Assembly: GCA_977017645.1 (NCBI GenBank)
Contig: OZ360246.1
Location: 9,610,001-9,674,000, forward strand
Length of the DNA stretch: 64,000 bases
Origin: Torpedo marmorata
Taxonomy: Eukaryota
Reading direction: 5' to 3'
The notes below the pieces were generated by a model. The model saw only the letters and a program-made list of their open reading frames with translations. It did no database searches and was not told the origin of the DNA. The position numbers and the translations under genes were made by a program. Below, one piece after another: positions 11,517 through 24,866 of this stretch (positions within the stretch are counted from its first letter, which is position 1; every line of letters begins with the position of its first letter).

Positions 11517-13492
11517 TGATCTTAACAGCTAGGACAGTAGTCGTGGAAAAGTTTACTTGTTTTTACTTGATTCTCGCAATTATTGATTTGCATCCTCTCC
11601 TTTGTTCATTTGACCATTTATTGTTAATTCTTTTGTTTTTTTGTGCAGCCACATTTCTGTTCCTTGTGACTTAATTACTCACAGAGTGTGTTGGCGAGTG
11701 AGACACTCGTCTTAATGCTTGTCAGCTATTTTCTTAAAAATTAATCTCCATCTTCTATGGAATTTTTAAAAGAAGATTAGATTGGATTATTTATTGGAGT
11801 TTTTGCGTCCTGGAATTGAACACAATTCCTTCGGCAGTAGTGCTGGTACAACTCTGGATTGCTTTGTGAAACTGAGCCAAGTTGTACATTATTTTGGGTG
11901 CACTTGTGAAAGTGTTAGTGTTGAAAACCACAGTTACGTGGCACCAGTCAATGATGTGCATGTCAATAAAGCAAAGTGAATATGATGGAGAGAAACCCGT
12001 GTTAAATTTGAACACACATATTCACACAGTGGAAATGCTTTGGCACCTGTTTTGATGATCCACCATTCTCGTGATTTTACGTGTTGAGTTTGATTGAATA
12101 GGTTGTGTGTGATGTTCTACCATTTGAATTGATAGGACCACAGTTCAAACATTTTGGTCTTTGAGAAGTTACAGTGCATGGAATTAGGAATGGAGTACTT
12201 TTATTTCAACTGTGTGTGCACCCCAGTGCAAAGGGATTTAATTACGTGGTTGTTATCACGTTCCTGAGCTTCATGTTTTTGTTCGTTTTCTACCATTGAA
12301 TCCCGCGCAGATTTACAACCGGACATCATCTGAGTTACTTGAGTCAGATGAAATATTTACTCCTGGAAAGGTTGGTTTAAGATGATCGGTTCATGAGACT
12401 GAAACTAAACTCAATAGTGGAAAATTGCTGTTGGTATAATCCCTCCTATGAAAATGCTCTATTGAGTTTGCTAGCTTAAAAAGTGTTCTCTTTTGCTATT
12501 TTCAGTCAAAGCCACACTTTTAGTGATGTTAACTTTCACTTATTGCTCTCTGTTCAATGGAACAGGCAGAGGCAATTTAGTAGGAGACAAATCTTCCATA
12601 GGTCTAACCTCGCTGCCTGCCTTCTTAAAAACCTCCACCAACTTGGCCTCTGCAACCACTGTGGAGAATTCCACAGGTTCCTGACTCTCCGAGTGGAGTG
12701 TTTCCCCATCCCTATCCAAATGTCATGCACGGTGTTCTGGGATGGCATCTCCCAGCCAGGAGAAATCTCCTCCCTGCATCCAACCTCTTGCACCCTGTCA
12801 GAATTCTACCCACATCCACGAGATCTCCATTCTAGTAAATACAGGCCAAGTTGAGGCAATCTCACCTCGTGACAGTCCCATCATCCCAGGATTAGTCTGG
12901 TGAAATCTTGTTCTTCATTTTTGTCTAGTATGTCCTTTCTTGGGTATTGGACCAGAAATGCACACAGTCCTTGAGTGTGGTTCAAGTTTATTATCATCTG
13001 ACTCTACATATGCAGCCAGACAAAACAGCATTTCTCTGGACCATGGTGCACACACATAAATACATAATACATTTCTCTCACTGCACATAATAATCATATA
13101 CATACATAAAATGTAATTAAAAGTAATATGTCTAAATATTCCAATTTGTCACCATTTAAATAATTCTCTTCCTTTCCCAACTTCAGATTAATCCAAATTA
13201 TATTGCTTGTACCATATACGTAAACGCTCATTCAACTTGTCATTATTGTTCCATCAATCTTCTTCATGAATGTACTCACCCTCTGCAGCCTCCTGTTGAG
13301 AGAGTTCCAAAGATTCACTTCTGTCTGGGTGAAGAAACTTCTATAGAGCTGTATGTTGGCCCCTTAGTTTGAGATTCTCAGCCCTTTTCAAAACACTCCT
13401 GCAAGATTTGTCATCCCTGTCTGTCAAACTCAAAGAATATTGTACATTTCTATGAGATCACCCTACCCACCCTCCTCCTCAAGACCTTAGTT

Positions 13493-13722
13493 CAGCTCGG
13501 CTATGCCCCTCCACCAGGGCTCTGCTCACATTTTATGGGCCCCCTTCCCTGTGAAGCAGTCAAGGTTTGGTTTCTTCCATACTTCTCTCCTACAGACTAC
13601 ATAAAAAAAAACATTAAAAATATTTGTGTGAGGTGAAAAGAAAACAAGGCTTTTACTTAAATTTGCTGTGGCCCCCAGGGGTGGGGGGAGGGGGTGGCGT
13701 TGGGACCCGTTGAGAATGGCTG
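13493..13722. mobile_element. hAT-type MITE (degenerate left end)
   Basis: Same body and right TIR (GTTGAGAATGGCTG) as 509-710; flanks ccttagtt / ccttagag resemble an 8-bp TSD. Confidence 0.75.
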
Positions 13723-14845
13723 CCTTAGAGCTTAGATCTATTCTTCTTCATGTGACAAACCCACAATTCCAGGAACCAATCTTTGCTCAATCCATCTTTT
13801 GCAAGTACATCCTTCTTTGGATAGAGATACCACATTTGTGCATACTACTCAAGATGGGGTCTCATTAGGGCTTTCTACAAAAATGAAGCAAAATATATCC
13901 ACTCTTGTTTCTACTCTTGCACTCAAATCAACTTGCAATAAAGCCTTCCTAATTGCTTGCTAACCCTGTGTGAAACTTTTCAGTGATTTCTATATACAAG
14001 GGTACCCAGATCCATCTTAACTATTTAAAAATATTCTGCATTTCTTTTGTTTTGACTGATGTGGATTACTTCATATTTTGTGTGTGTATGTGTTTTTCAT
14101 TTTTGAATTAAATTATTCTTCATGAATATTCAGTAAATGACATGTAGTCGGGGTGCATCTTGCAGTTTCCTAATTAATTGATAGAGTAAGATTGCATTGC
14201 AAATCTTAATTCCATACAAACCACATAATGCACATTTATATTGCAGTTCTCAATTGGGATCAGAATTTGTTTTGAAATTAGCAAGCTGGAGATACTCAAG
14301 GTTCTTGAATTGATCCAAAGAGGGCAAACATGATAAATTGCAGACCAATTTTAAACATTAACAATCTCTTGCATATTCCTACTTTACCTCCATGCTTGTA
14401 AATGTGTGCAAGGAGATTGTTGGCTCCAATTAAAATGTAAAATGAATGGAATTTGCTTTGTGGTCTGGAATAAAATCCATCGTATTGGGGGTTGTTTTGG
14501 TTTCAAGTATATGCCATTTAGCTGGTGAATTAAATGAAGTAGAATTTTGTTTCTGCTTCATCTTGTTTTTATCAAAGTGGTCCTGGTTGTCCTGCTGTGA
14601 TGTGAGGGGATCATATTTTACACAATTTTGCTTCAGTGCTAGTGTTTCAAGTCTCATGATCCGAAAGCTAAATCCGTTGTAAATTCTCTGCGGTCTCATT
14701 TCACCTACACTATTTTGTGTTATAATTCACAGTATTCTTTGTTCATTTTATCTAAGCCTCTTCAGTGTTGTATGTCCCGTTACACTTGTGCTTTTCTGTC
14801 GCTTTTCACCTTGGGATTTCTGCTTCCTGCTGTCTTGTTGATTAG

Positions 14846-14908
14846 ATTTTGACTTCAAGGCCATGTGACCTTTTTGCTGATTCCTATGGAGTGTTCTCAC
14901 CCAAAAAG
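14846..14908 (+). CDS. KIF1B: Candidate alternative cassette exon of KIF1B (ILTSRPCDLFADSYGVFSPKK)
   Basis: Pyrimidine tract + attag acceptor; 63 nt stop-free in phase 0-0; AAG|gtcggt donor; last 7 codons encode GVFSPKK, as in the upstream exon, with three synonymous differences. Confidence 0.65.
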
Positions 14909-15667
14909 GTCGGTATTTGCTATTTATGGTGTTAAGTGGATTGTCCATAACTAGTAGTGCTCATTTCAATGCATAAAATACTGTGTTAACTCTGTCATGT
15001 GTATATCACGTGACACCCATTTCATGAGATGCTTTGCAATCCACTGCTCCAAAATTGATAGTTAGTGTGGACTCTAGATTGCTTGGCCAGTTTTTATGCT
15101 GTGTGACGTAGCCATTACATACAAATAAACAGAAGTAGGCTACTTGTCCCATTGATCTGTCTCGATACAATAAGATCATGGCTGATCTGATTCCAACCTC
15201 AGCTTTGTAAATCTGTGTACCCTAGTAAGAAATAGCAGCAGGAGTAGGCCGTCTGCCCTTTATTGTCTTGTTCTATTTATGACTTGAAAATATCCAAAGT
15301 TTCTGCTTCTGCCACCTTTTGGGGAAGAGAGTTCAGCAACCCCAGACCTTCTGAAAATAATAGATTTACCTATGTCTTAAATGGGTAACTCTGTATTTTT
15401 AAACAGTGACCACTAATTCTAGATTCTTGCAAAGCTACTTGTGCATTCAGTTCCCCTAGAAATAGTCACGCAGCAGGAAAGCAGGCCCTTCGACCCAACT
15501 CTTCCATGCTAGCCAAGTTGCTGAGCTGGTCCCATTTCTCATGTCCCATTTGGCCCATGACCCTCTAAACTGTTCCTCTCCATGTATCTGTCTAAATATC
15601 TTTTACACATTATAATTGTACCCACCTCTACAACGTCTTCTGGCAGCTGGTAAATAATCACTCGCTT

Positions 15668-15920
15668 GGGCGGCATGGTTAGCGTAGCGGTTAGCGCAAC
15701 GCTATTACAGCGGCAGCAACCCGGGTTCGAATCCGGCGCTGTCTGTAAGGAGTTTGTACATTCTCCCCGTGTCTGTGTGGGTTTCCTCCGGGTGCTCTGG
15801 TTTACTCCCACCCTTCAAAACGTACGGGGGTTGTAGGTTAATTGGAGTTTTGGGCGGCACGGGCTCGTGGGCCGGAAGGGCCTGTTTACCCTGCTGTATG
15901 TCTACATTTTTTAAAAAAAA
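15668..15920 (+). mobile_element. tRNA-derived V-SINE (HE1-like), full length
   Basis: tRNA-like head with A box (TAGCGTAGCGG) and B box (GGTTCGAATCC), V domain GTTTCCTCCGGGTGCTC, A-rich tail. Confidence 0.88.
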
Positions 15921-16252
15921 TCAAAATTAACACTTGCCTTTGTGAATGATACATTAAGTGGTTTTATTAATTTTTCCTGTCAGATGAACACTTCAGATTC
16001 CTTTTTTGTTTTCCATTTGCCCACAAGGTTATCCTGTGGCCTCGTTATGTTCTCTTTGTAATTTAATTTGCTAACTATCTTTCAGTTAAATTAATTGCAA
16101 TTAAATATTATTGAAAGCTGGAAACCAGATCCCTCAGTTTCCTCTCCATCCCCAATCTATCTGCGTGCCAAAAGACCAGTTCTGAAATCGGGACCATCAC
16201 TGAACCAGGCCCAATTAACAGCACACAGACCAGGGATTGAGAGCTGTATTTA

Positions 16253-17359
16253 CTTTTCTTTTTCAATCCTTTTTATTGATTTTTATAAGAAATACAATAC
16301 AATGAACAAAAGGGAATGAAATTGAAAATACAATATCACATATGTATATATATTAAAATAAAACTTCAAACTGTATAAACTCGATCCCCCCTCCACTGGC
16401 GTCCATATTTCCGAAGATCTTACTTGGTCCCTGAATTCTTCAATGCTGATTAAAAAGGCACAACAGCGTCTTTACTTTCTGCGAAGCATGAGGAAAGTAC
16501 ACCTCTGTCCCAGGATATTGCTGGATTTCTATAGATGCACCATTGAGAGCGTACTAACATATGGCATCTCGGCGTGGTATGGTAATTGCCTAGTACAAGA
16601 CCGCAAAGCACTCCGTTGGGTGGTGAAAACTGCCCAGCGGATTATTGGCATGCAATTGCCTACCATCGAGAACATCTATAGAGAACGGTGTCTGGGCAGG
16701 GCGAGGAACATCATTAAGGATGCATCACACCCAAATCACGGACTTTTTACTCTTCTTCCATCGGGCAGACGCTACAGGAGCCTTCGCTCGCGTACCAGCA
16801 GGCTGAAGAAGAGCTTTTTTCATGAGGCTGTGAGCCTGATGAACATTGAATCACAGCGCTGAGTGGTACTGCACTCACATTGTAATATCAGTACTTTTAT
16901 AATAGTTTGTTTGCCGAATAGGTTGTTGTTGGTTTTAATTGCACATGTTTTATTGTGATGTATATAGCATTATTTTTTAACTTCTGGTTGGATGCTAGTT
17001 GTATCTCATTGGCTTGTTTTGAACTGGTACAATGACAATAAAGTGTATCTAATCTAATCTAACTACAATAGGTGACAATGAAAAAAACCGATCAAAAGTA
17101 TTATATACCTTTTTTTTTTTTTTTTTAAACCACCTAACCTACTCTAATAAAAAAAAACTAACATAAAACAGCTGAGCAGCTTATCCTGAAGGTTATATAT
17201 ATTTTGTAATTTTTGGTTCCTACCATAAATCAAAAAACAAAGGAAGAGTAAATACATCTAACCACATTAGAAACACTTACATCATATGAAAATAAGACAT
17301 AAAAGGTCGCCATGTATCTTCAAATTTCTCCGATTAATCAAATACGTGATATCTAATTT
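16253..17359 (-). mobile_element. L1/Tx1-like LINE 3' end, split by a Rex-like insertion
   Basis: 13-bp TSD AGAGCTGTATTTA (16240-16252, 17360-17372); minus-strand peptide KFEDTWRPFMSYF; polyA signal near 16272. Confidence 0.78.
16393..17062 (+). mobile_element. Rex/Babar-like LINE 3' fragment
   Basis: ORF 16443-16862 KKAQQRLYFLRSMRK...FYRCTIESVLTYGISAWYGNC...LFTLLPSGRRYRS; AATAAA followed by an (ATCTA)n tail. Confidence 0.88.
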
Positions 17360-17780
17360 AGAGCTGTATTTAAATATTTCCTTTGATTTACTTGCAACGT
17401 TTGAGCCTCAGGAGACATCAGGAGAACGAGTTTAAAAAAAATTAAAAATCAAATTTTTTCTGTAGGCAGTCTTATTCTTGTAGCCTAATTGAAAATGAAA
17501 GAACAATCAAATGTTGGAAATTTTAAATAAAAACAGATGTTGTTGAAAGTGCTTGGCAGCGTCTGTGGAAGAGGCAACGTTTGGGTCAGAGTCTTGCTTG
17601 GATCTGATGAAGGGTCTGTTTGCGCTTTATGCCTGTGACCTGAAGTGAAGACAGAAGTGCAACAAAATCTCTTCAAGTCTCAAAATAATGTAATTGGCGC
17701 ATTGCTCTCTGAGTTGTTGCATGGGAATTTTGTTGCCAGGAACCATCTGAATCCTGTTTAATTTTTTAATGTTTTGTTAG

Positions 17781-17860
17781 ACACCGCATCTCGTGAACCT
17801 CAATGAGGATCCTCTCATGTCAGAGTGTCTTCTGTACTACATCAAGGATGGCATCACAAG
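17781..17860 (+). CDS. KIF1B: KIF1B exon (FHA start)
   Basis: ttgttag|ACACCG; TPHLVNLNEDPLMSECLLYYIKDGIT(R); AG|gtaatg; 80 nt. Confidence 0.97.
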
Positions 17861-18625
17861 GTAATGATGAATGAGCAGCCATGTCCTGTTGTGGATGTGT
17901 TGAGGAGTGACAGCATAGGATGCTGACTCATTGCGAATTTTATGAGAATTTACAGTGAAGTATTTTTTGCCCCTTTACAATAGAATTCTGCCTTGAAGGG
18001 TAAGATTTTTGAAGTTTAAACTAAAACAAGTAGTGTTTGGTTAGTTTAGAAAGTGATCATAGAACACTACAGCACAGTACAGGCCCTTCGGCCCACGATG
18101 TTGTGCCGGCCTATATATACCTACCAAAAAAAAAACTAAACCCTACCTACCGCATAACCCTCTATTTTTCTTTCATCCATGTGCCTGTCTAAGAGTCTCT
18201 TAAATGCCCCTATAAATGCCCCTCAGGATCCTTTCAAGAAACTTGTATAAAGTAAGAATGTAATTTCAGATACTTGGGTTTGCAAATCTTCTTTCTCATC
18301 TGGCACTGTTATGTCATGTTCTTGGTTAATGAATGCCAAATCAAAGCTCTTTGTTCAGACTGTTAAGATCATCTTTAAATCATAGCTACATTCCTGTGGC
18401 AGAGTTTTTGATAAGGTTTATTTTGTTCATCTCTTTTCCTCTGGAGAACATCAATTGAAACGGTGAAACCACAAATGTAGTTCAGTTTTGCGTTTGTCAT
18501 GTTACTCTCGGATTTGTTTGCCTTTCAGAATGGAGCTTGAAACAATATAATTACAACGAATGCACAAAAACAAGCCATTTCAGCCCAAATGTTGGGCTCT
18601 TGAGAAAATTAAATTGAATATTAAT

Positions 18626-19804
18626 TTAGATTTTCAAAAGGCCTTTGATAAGGTGCCGCATAAGAGGCTGCTTAATAAGATGAGAGCCCATGGAATTACA
18701 GGAAAGATATTAGATTGGGTGGAGCATTGGCTGATAGGCAGGAAGCAAAGGGCGGGAATAAAGGGATCCTGTTCTGGTTGGTTGCCGGTTACTAGTGGTG
18801 TTCCGCAAGGGTCGGTGTTGGGGCCGCTTCTTTTTACAATGTATATTGATGATTTAGATTACGGATTGAATGGTTTTGTGGCTAAGTTTGCAGATGACAC
18901 CAAGATAGGTGGTGGAGTAGGAAGTGTTGAAGAAACCGAAAGGTTGCAGAGGGACTTGGACAGCTTAGGAGAGTGGGCAAAGAAATGGCAGATGAGATAC
19001 AATGTTGAGAAATGCACGATTGTACATTTTGGAAGAGGAAATAAACAGGCAGATTATTATTTGGATGGGGAGAAAATTCAAAATTCAGAAGTGCAAAGGG
19101 ACTTGGGGGTCCTCATGCAGGATAACCTAAAGGTTAACCACCAGGTTGGATCGGCAGTAAAGAAAGCGAATGCTATGTTGGCATTCATTTCATGAGGAAT
19201 AGTGTATATGAGTAAAGAGGTGTTGATGAGGCTCTATGGGGCACTGGTGAGACCTCATTTGGAGTATTCATTTGCAGTTTTGTGCCCCTTATCTTAGAAG
19301 GGATGTGATGATGTTGGAGAGAGTACAGAGAAGATTTACGAGGATGATTCATGGAATGCAAGGGCTAACATATGAGGAACGTTTAGCGGCTCTTGGACTG
19401 TATTCTTTGAAGTATAGAAGAATGAGAGGGGATCTCATAGAAACATTTCGAATACTGAAAGGATTGGACAGAGTAGATGGAAATAAGATGTTTCCCTTGG
19501 TGGGTGAATCCAGGACAACAGGGTACAGAATTAGAAGGTACCCATTTAGAACAGAGATGAGGAGGAATTTCTTTAGCTAGAGGGTCGTGGATTTGTGGAA
19601 TTCGTTGCCACATACAGCTGTGGAGGCCCGATCATTGGGGGATTTTAAGGAGGAGATTGATAGGTATCTGATTGGTCAGGGTATCAAGGGATATGGGGAA
19701 AAGGCCAGAAATTGGAATTAGACGTGAGAACAGTTTCGCTCAGGGTGGAGTTGCGGAGCAGACTTGATGGGCCCAATAGCCTACTTTGTTCCTTTATCTT
19801 GTGA
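18626..19804 (+). mobile_element. CR1-type LINE, 5'-truncated, inactivated
   Basis: LDFQKAFDKVPH, GVPQGSVLGPLLF and KFADDTK motifs; stop and frameshift after 19195; CR1 3' UTR. Confidence 0.93.
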
Positions 19805-19910
19805 ACGTAAACTTATTAAACAATACTGGGCTTGGAAATTATCTGATTCCATTGTTGATCTAACAGGCAAATAGTGGCTAATGATTATTATATTTGCTTC
19901 AGAGCTCGAA

Positions 19911-20412
19911 TAGAGTCAGCGTGGAAACAGGCCCTTCGGCTCAACTTGCCCATGCCGATCAAAATGTCTCACCCACACAAGTCCCACCTGTCCATGTTTG
20001 GCATATGTCCCTCTAAACCCATCCTGTCCATGTATCCATCCAATTTTTTCATAAACATTGCAATAGTACCTGCCTCAACCATCTCCGGCAGCCCATTCCA
20101 TACACCCACCACCCTCTGTGTTTTTAAAAAAAAGAGTTACCCCCTCATGTTCCTGTTAAATCTCCCCGCCCCACCCCTCCACCTTAAACCTTTGTCCTCT
20201 GGTTACTGATTCCCCTACTCTGGGCAAAATATTCTCTGCGTTCACCTGATCTATTCCTCTCATGATTTTGTACATCTCTTATGATTTTGTACACCTCTAT
20301 GAGATCACCCCGCATCCTCCTGCATTCCAAGGACTATTAAGCCCTAGCCTGCTCAACTTCTCCCTATAGATCAGCCCCCGCCTCCCCCACCACTGAGTCT
20401 TGGCAACATCCT
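19911..20412 (-). mobile_element. CR1-type LINE 3' fragment
   Basis: CR1-like 3' UTR (GAAACAGGCCCTTCGGC...) and degenerate ORF2 end on the minus strand. Confidence 0.72.
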
Positions 20413-20938
20413 AATTTCCTGGTTATTAGTCAGATTTCACAGAATCTGTTGATGTAAATGGGATTGGTAACAAAGCTGACTTTTCCTTTGATGATAGAGT
20501 TCTGCGCAGCGGCTCCTTTTGTACAAGAATTGAAGCTTTCTTTGGAACTGAACAGTTTCTACTCTTTGGGTACTATCATGGTCAAGGAAGGGTGTACAAG
20601 GTAGATGTGTGGGTCTCCAGTGACTTTTCTGATGAGCCCAAGTTCTGACCTCAGAAGGATATCCTGACATTTTCCATGATAGCCATCTTATTTCACATCA
20701 TGCACACGATTCGTGTAAAATAAGCCATTTCCAGCAGGTCCCTAAAATCTAGATCCATCCTTTCAGCTTTGAGTAACCAGTTGCCTGCATTCAGAGGGAC
20801 AAAGGTAATTTTCACTCATTGCCACCTCTCCGTGGCTTGTGCCACCAGTTGAATTTAATCAGCTGCATAATTAAATATTTAATGCAATGCCAAGTGGAAA
20901 TCTCTGTTGATTTAACTGCTGTATCTGTTAATTATAAG

Positions 20939-21045
20939 GGTTGGCCAGGCAGAGGCGCAGAGACGCCAGGATATCGTTCTCAGTGGAGCCCACATCAGAG
21001 AGGAGCATTGTAGCTTCAGGAGTGACAAGAATCAAAACGGAGAAG
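20939..21045 (+). CDS. KIF1B: KIF1B exon (FHA)
   Basis: ataag|GGTT (AAG acceptor); [35 protein letters not shown]; G|gtaaaa; 107 nt. Confidence 0.95.
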
Positions 21046-21703
21046 GTAAAAAAAAAACAACAAATGAAATTTTTAATAGGATGCTTTTTTTAAAGAACTT
21101 TATAAATGGCCCTTCCAGTGGGTTGGAGTTTCTTTCATCTCCATTTCAATTAGATAGCTCAGATCCTAAGTTGATGCCATGGGGGTCTGCAGATTAAAAT
21201 CATGCAAGAGGTATTCCACAACACGAAACGTACACAAATAATTTTTCATAAAACTAAGTTTTAAAGTCACTTAACAGGTACAGATATGGTACTGTTTTTA
21301 AATATAATTTTAGACTTTTTTTAGTATGTCAGTAAACTCTACAATCAAGATGAATCTGAATCTAAATAATTTGGTGAAGGTCACTAATTTTAACCTCGTT
21401 GGTTGCTGTTGATGTATCGGCCACGAACCAAGGGAAGCTTTTGAGCTGGTGGTACATTAAAATAAAAACCATAATGAAGTCATTCATTTGTTTTTGGATG
21501 TATTAAAAATTGTGGGCAATTGTATCGTGATGAATGTAAACACTACTCAGCTGGCAATAATTGATATGGTTAGTTCAGCAGCCCCCAAAGTGGTGTATTT
21601 TATGTATGGAGTGAAGTAATTTTTTTTCTCTTGTCTTTCAACTGGAGTCTCTTGCAGAAGTTGGCAATCATTTGAACTGTGGTTTTTTTTCCCCTTCCTA
21701 CAG

Positions 21704-21787
21704 TGATTGTAACTTTGGTGCCGTGTGAAGGATCTGAAACGTATGTGAATGGCAAACGCGTTGCCAATCCAGTAAAACTACGTTCAG
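21704..21787 (+). CDS. KIF1B: KIF1B exon (FHA)
   Basis: cctacag|TG; (V)[27 protein letters not shown](G); G|gttggt; 84 nt. Confidence 0.96.
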
Positions 21788-22034
21788 GTTGGTTAATGGC
21801 AGATTAACATGTTTCATGTTTGTTTGTATTTCGTTTCTTGTGCTTGTTTGGTTTACCTTGCGATCCTGTCGTATGTGGCATGAAACTTGAGAGGGAATCG
21901 AATTCTTCCACTGCTTTTAAATTTCATACCCACATGTAACAGAGTCGAGGTGAAGTTGGAAAGACGACCAAGAGATGGCAGATAGAATTTAAGTTGGACA
22001 TGAGCAAGGCATTTCACTTTGGTAGGTTGCATCA

Positions 22035-22250
22035 GGCGGCAGGGTTAGCGTAGCAGCGCCAGCGAGCCAAGTTCGAATCCGGTGCTGTCTGTAAGGAGTT
22101 TGTATGTTCTCCCCGTGTCTGTGTGGGTTTCCTCCAGGTGCTCCGGTTTCCTCCAACCCTTCAAAAATGTACAGAGGTTGTAGGTTAATTGGGCGGCATG
22201 GGCTCATGGGCCGAAAGGACCTGTTACCGTACTGTATGTCTAAATTAATT
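22035..22250 (+). mobile_element. V-SINE (HE1-like)
   Basis: Homologous to 15668-15920. Confidence 0.85.
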
Positions 22251-22489
22251 TGTTTTACATTTAAAAGAACTTGCACAGAGAATGGTAGGGCCTGAAAATT
22301 GTCCACCAGGCCTTTGCCACTCTTTCAGTGTGAGAAAGGAAAACAGAAAATACTGGAAACACTCAGCAGGTCATACAGCATCTGTGGAGAGAGAAACTGA
22401 GCGATTGTTTCTGCAGATCCATCTGCAGTGTTTTGACGCTTACTGTATTAGAACATCTCTGAAATGATAAGTAAATTGAACATCTGTAA

Positions 22490-22729
<240 letters not shown>

Positions 22730-23574
22730 TAATTATGGACACACTGATAATACAGGGCATATTATTTTTGGATGCAAGTTTTGGGTGAAGTTTTAAAGTT
22801 CTCCCAGAAGGTGAAGTTGCTGCCACTGGAGCACTGGGTTCATTTCTAGCCACCACACCAAAGGAAGGATGTGATTGCACCAGAGGGGATGCAGAGGAGG
22901 TTCCCAGGAAATCTTGCGGATTTTGGAAAATAAAAACGACACACTAACTTTCTCGCTCGTTACTTTTGAGATGTCAGGGCAAAATCCATCAGGACCTGGG
23001 GGCATGTCTGCTCGCACCTCCACCCTCAGGGCCCAGGGACATGTCTGCTCACACCTCCACCCTCATGTTCCACAGTGCTTCCTTCCTAATTGCAAGCTTC
23101 CCAAGTTCCTTTCTCCTTCCAATTCCCAATTTTCAGCTAATTCTGGGACATGTATCCTCTGTTGTAAAGCCTGATGCAAAATATTTGTTTGGTTCACCTG
23201 CTGTCTCCTTATTAATTCCCCCGCTATACTTTCTGTAGGACCAATTCTCACTTTAAATTTTTAAACATCTATAGAAATTATTATTTTCTGTTTTTTTTTC
23301 CACAGTTCTAACTATCTGCCTCATCTAATATTTCCTTTCTTATTTAATCTTTAAATCATTCTTTGTTATTTTTTTTGTTTTGACTAATCTTCTGACCTGT
23401 CGTTTGTCTTGGAGCAATTAAATGCTTTTTCTTAAAGTTTGACATCATTGTTAACTTTTAGTTAACCACAGATGGCAGATCCTTCCCTTGAAATATTTCT
23501 TTCCATTGGAACATGTCTATTCTGTCTTCTGAAGGATTCCTACAAATATATGCCACTAACCTCTATTGAAATGA

Positions 23575-24270
23575 ATGGCGGCGCTGCCAGAGCTGCTGTA
23601 ACGGCAGCGCTGCCACTGGTACGGACCCAGGAGAGCAGGGAGCGAAGATGCAGCGCTGATCCAAAGGTTTCAACTGCCTGGTCCTAATGCCGACAGCTCC
23701 GTACAGGCAAAGTGACGGTGTTTTTATTTAAAATCCTGCAACTGCGGGGTCTGTGCCCAAGATATGCCTGTGCTTGGCAGCGGCCTCAAGGGGTTGCAGA
23801 CTCCGGGGCAGCAGAGGACCGGCGCAGGGCACTCAAAATGGAGAGGACATACCCCGTTAAGAAGAAGAAGCAGAGGATACGACCCTCCAGGATGGTGACA
23901 ACGGCTGCAGGCTGCTGGAGACTAGCTTGTGGGAACCAGGTATTTGAACCAGGATTTGAGAGGGTGCTGAGGCAAGAATGGCTCCTGAATGGCCTCGGGC
24001 GCTTCCTGAACACGTAGGAGGTTTGGATCTGGAGCTCAGGTTGCTGATGGATTGAACAGAGGTCTGTGAGACTGCAGAGGCTGCTGGAGCACTGGAGGCG
24101 AATCCACGGACACTCAGTGACTCTGAAGGAACTCTCTTTTGCTTCTCTTTCTCTCTTACTGTAAGGGGCGCCAGGCGACACAAATGGCGGATTTTTGTCA
24201 GCCTTATGGCAGGCAGAAGGCAATTTCGTGTAATAATGTTCTGTACTATAAAGGAATCTTGAATCTTGAA
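23575..24270 (+). mobile_element. Probable non-autonomous LINE-derived element
   Basis: GC-rich head starting ATGGCGGCGC and an (AATCTTG)n 3' tail; a similar head begins at about 63950; lies next to degenerate CR1 sequence (about 22970-23560, minus). Confidence 0.55.
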
Positions 24271-24793
24271 ATAGGTTACATAATTACAATGCTGTTTATA
24301 GGAATAAGAACTGAAAATGCTGGAAACAATCAGCAGGTCAGGCAGCATCTGTGCAAAGGGAAACCATTAACATTTCAGGTTCAAGATCCTCCATCAGAAT
24401 TATTTATATTTACTGCTATTTGTAGGAGCTTGCTGTACACAAATGTGCTCTTTGGGTTGTCCTGAAGTTGGTGTGGACGGTGCTATAAAAAATATAGTTC
24501 TGACGTCGAAATGAACTTTTGATACGTTAATCAGAAACTGCAGATCCTGTAATCTTGAGCAAAAATCCATGCATGCTGCCTGACTTACTGAGTCCGATCA
24601 GGTTCTCCGTTTTGCTCAAGATTTTCCATGGAACTTGTTTTCTGAAAGCCAGTTCTGGAAGTTTCAAAACAGATATACGTGGTAACCGGATTCCTCGTTT
24701 CCATGGTGACTGCCTGTTGGTGAACTATCAGATCTTCTTGTCACAAACCATGAAATGATTCTTCAAAATCCCTTCAACTATTGTATCTTGCAG

Positions 24794-24866
24794 GCTTCAA
24801 GAAATGGAGATCCTTTACAAGAAAGAGAAAGAGGAAGCAGACCTGCTTTTGGAACAACAGCGCTTG
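24794..24866 (+). CDS. KIF1B: KIF1B last exon shared by alpha and beta isoforms
   Basis: ttgcag|GCTT; LQEMEILYKKEKEEADLLLEQQRL; TTG|gtaagg; 73 nt, ends in phase 0. Confidence 0.97.

Noticed and set aside
15668-15745. tRNA-like sequence with A and B boxes
   Set aside because: It is the head of a SINE present in many copies and continues into the V domain; not a tRNA gene.
18560-19580. Reverse-transcriptase ORFs as functional genes (also 33928-35635)
   Set aside because: 5'-truncated CR1 copies with stops and frameshifts; ordinary dead LINEs.
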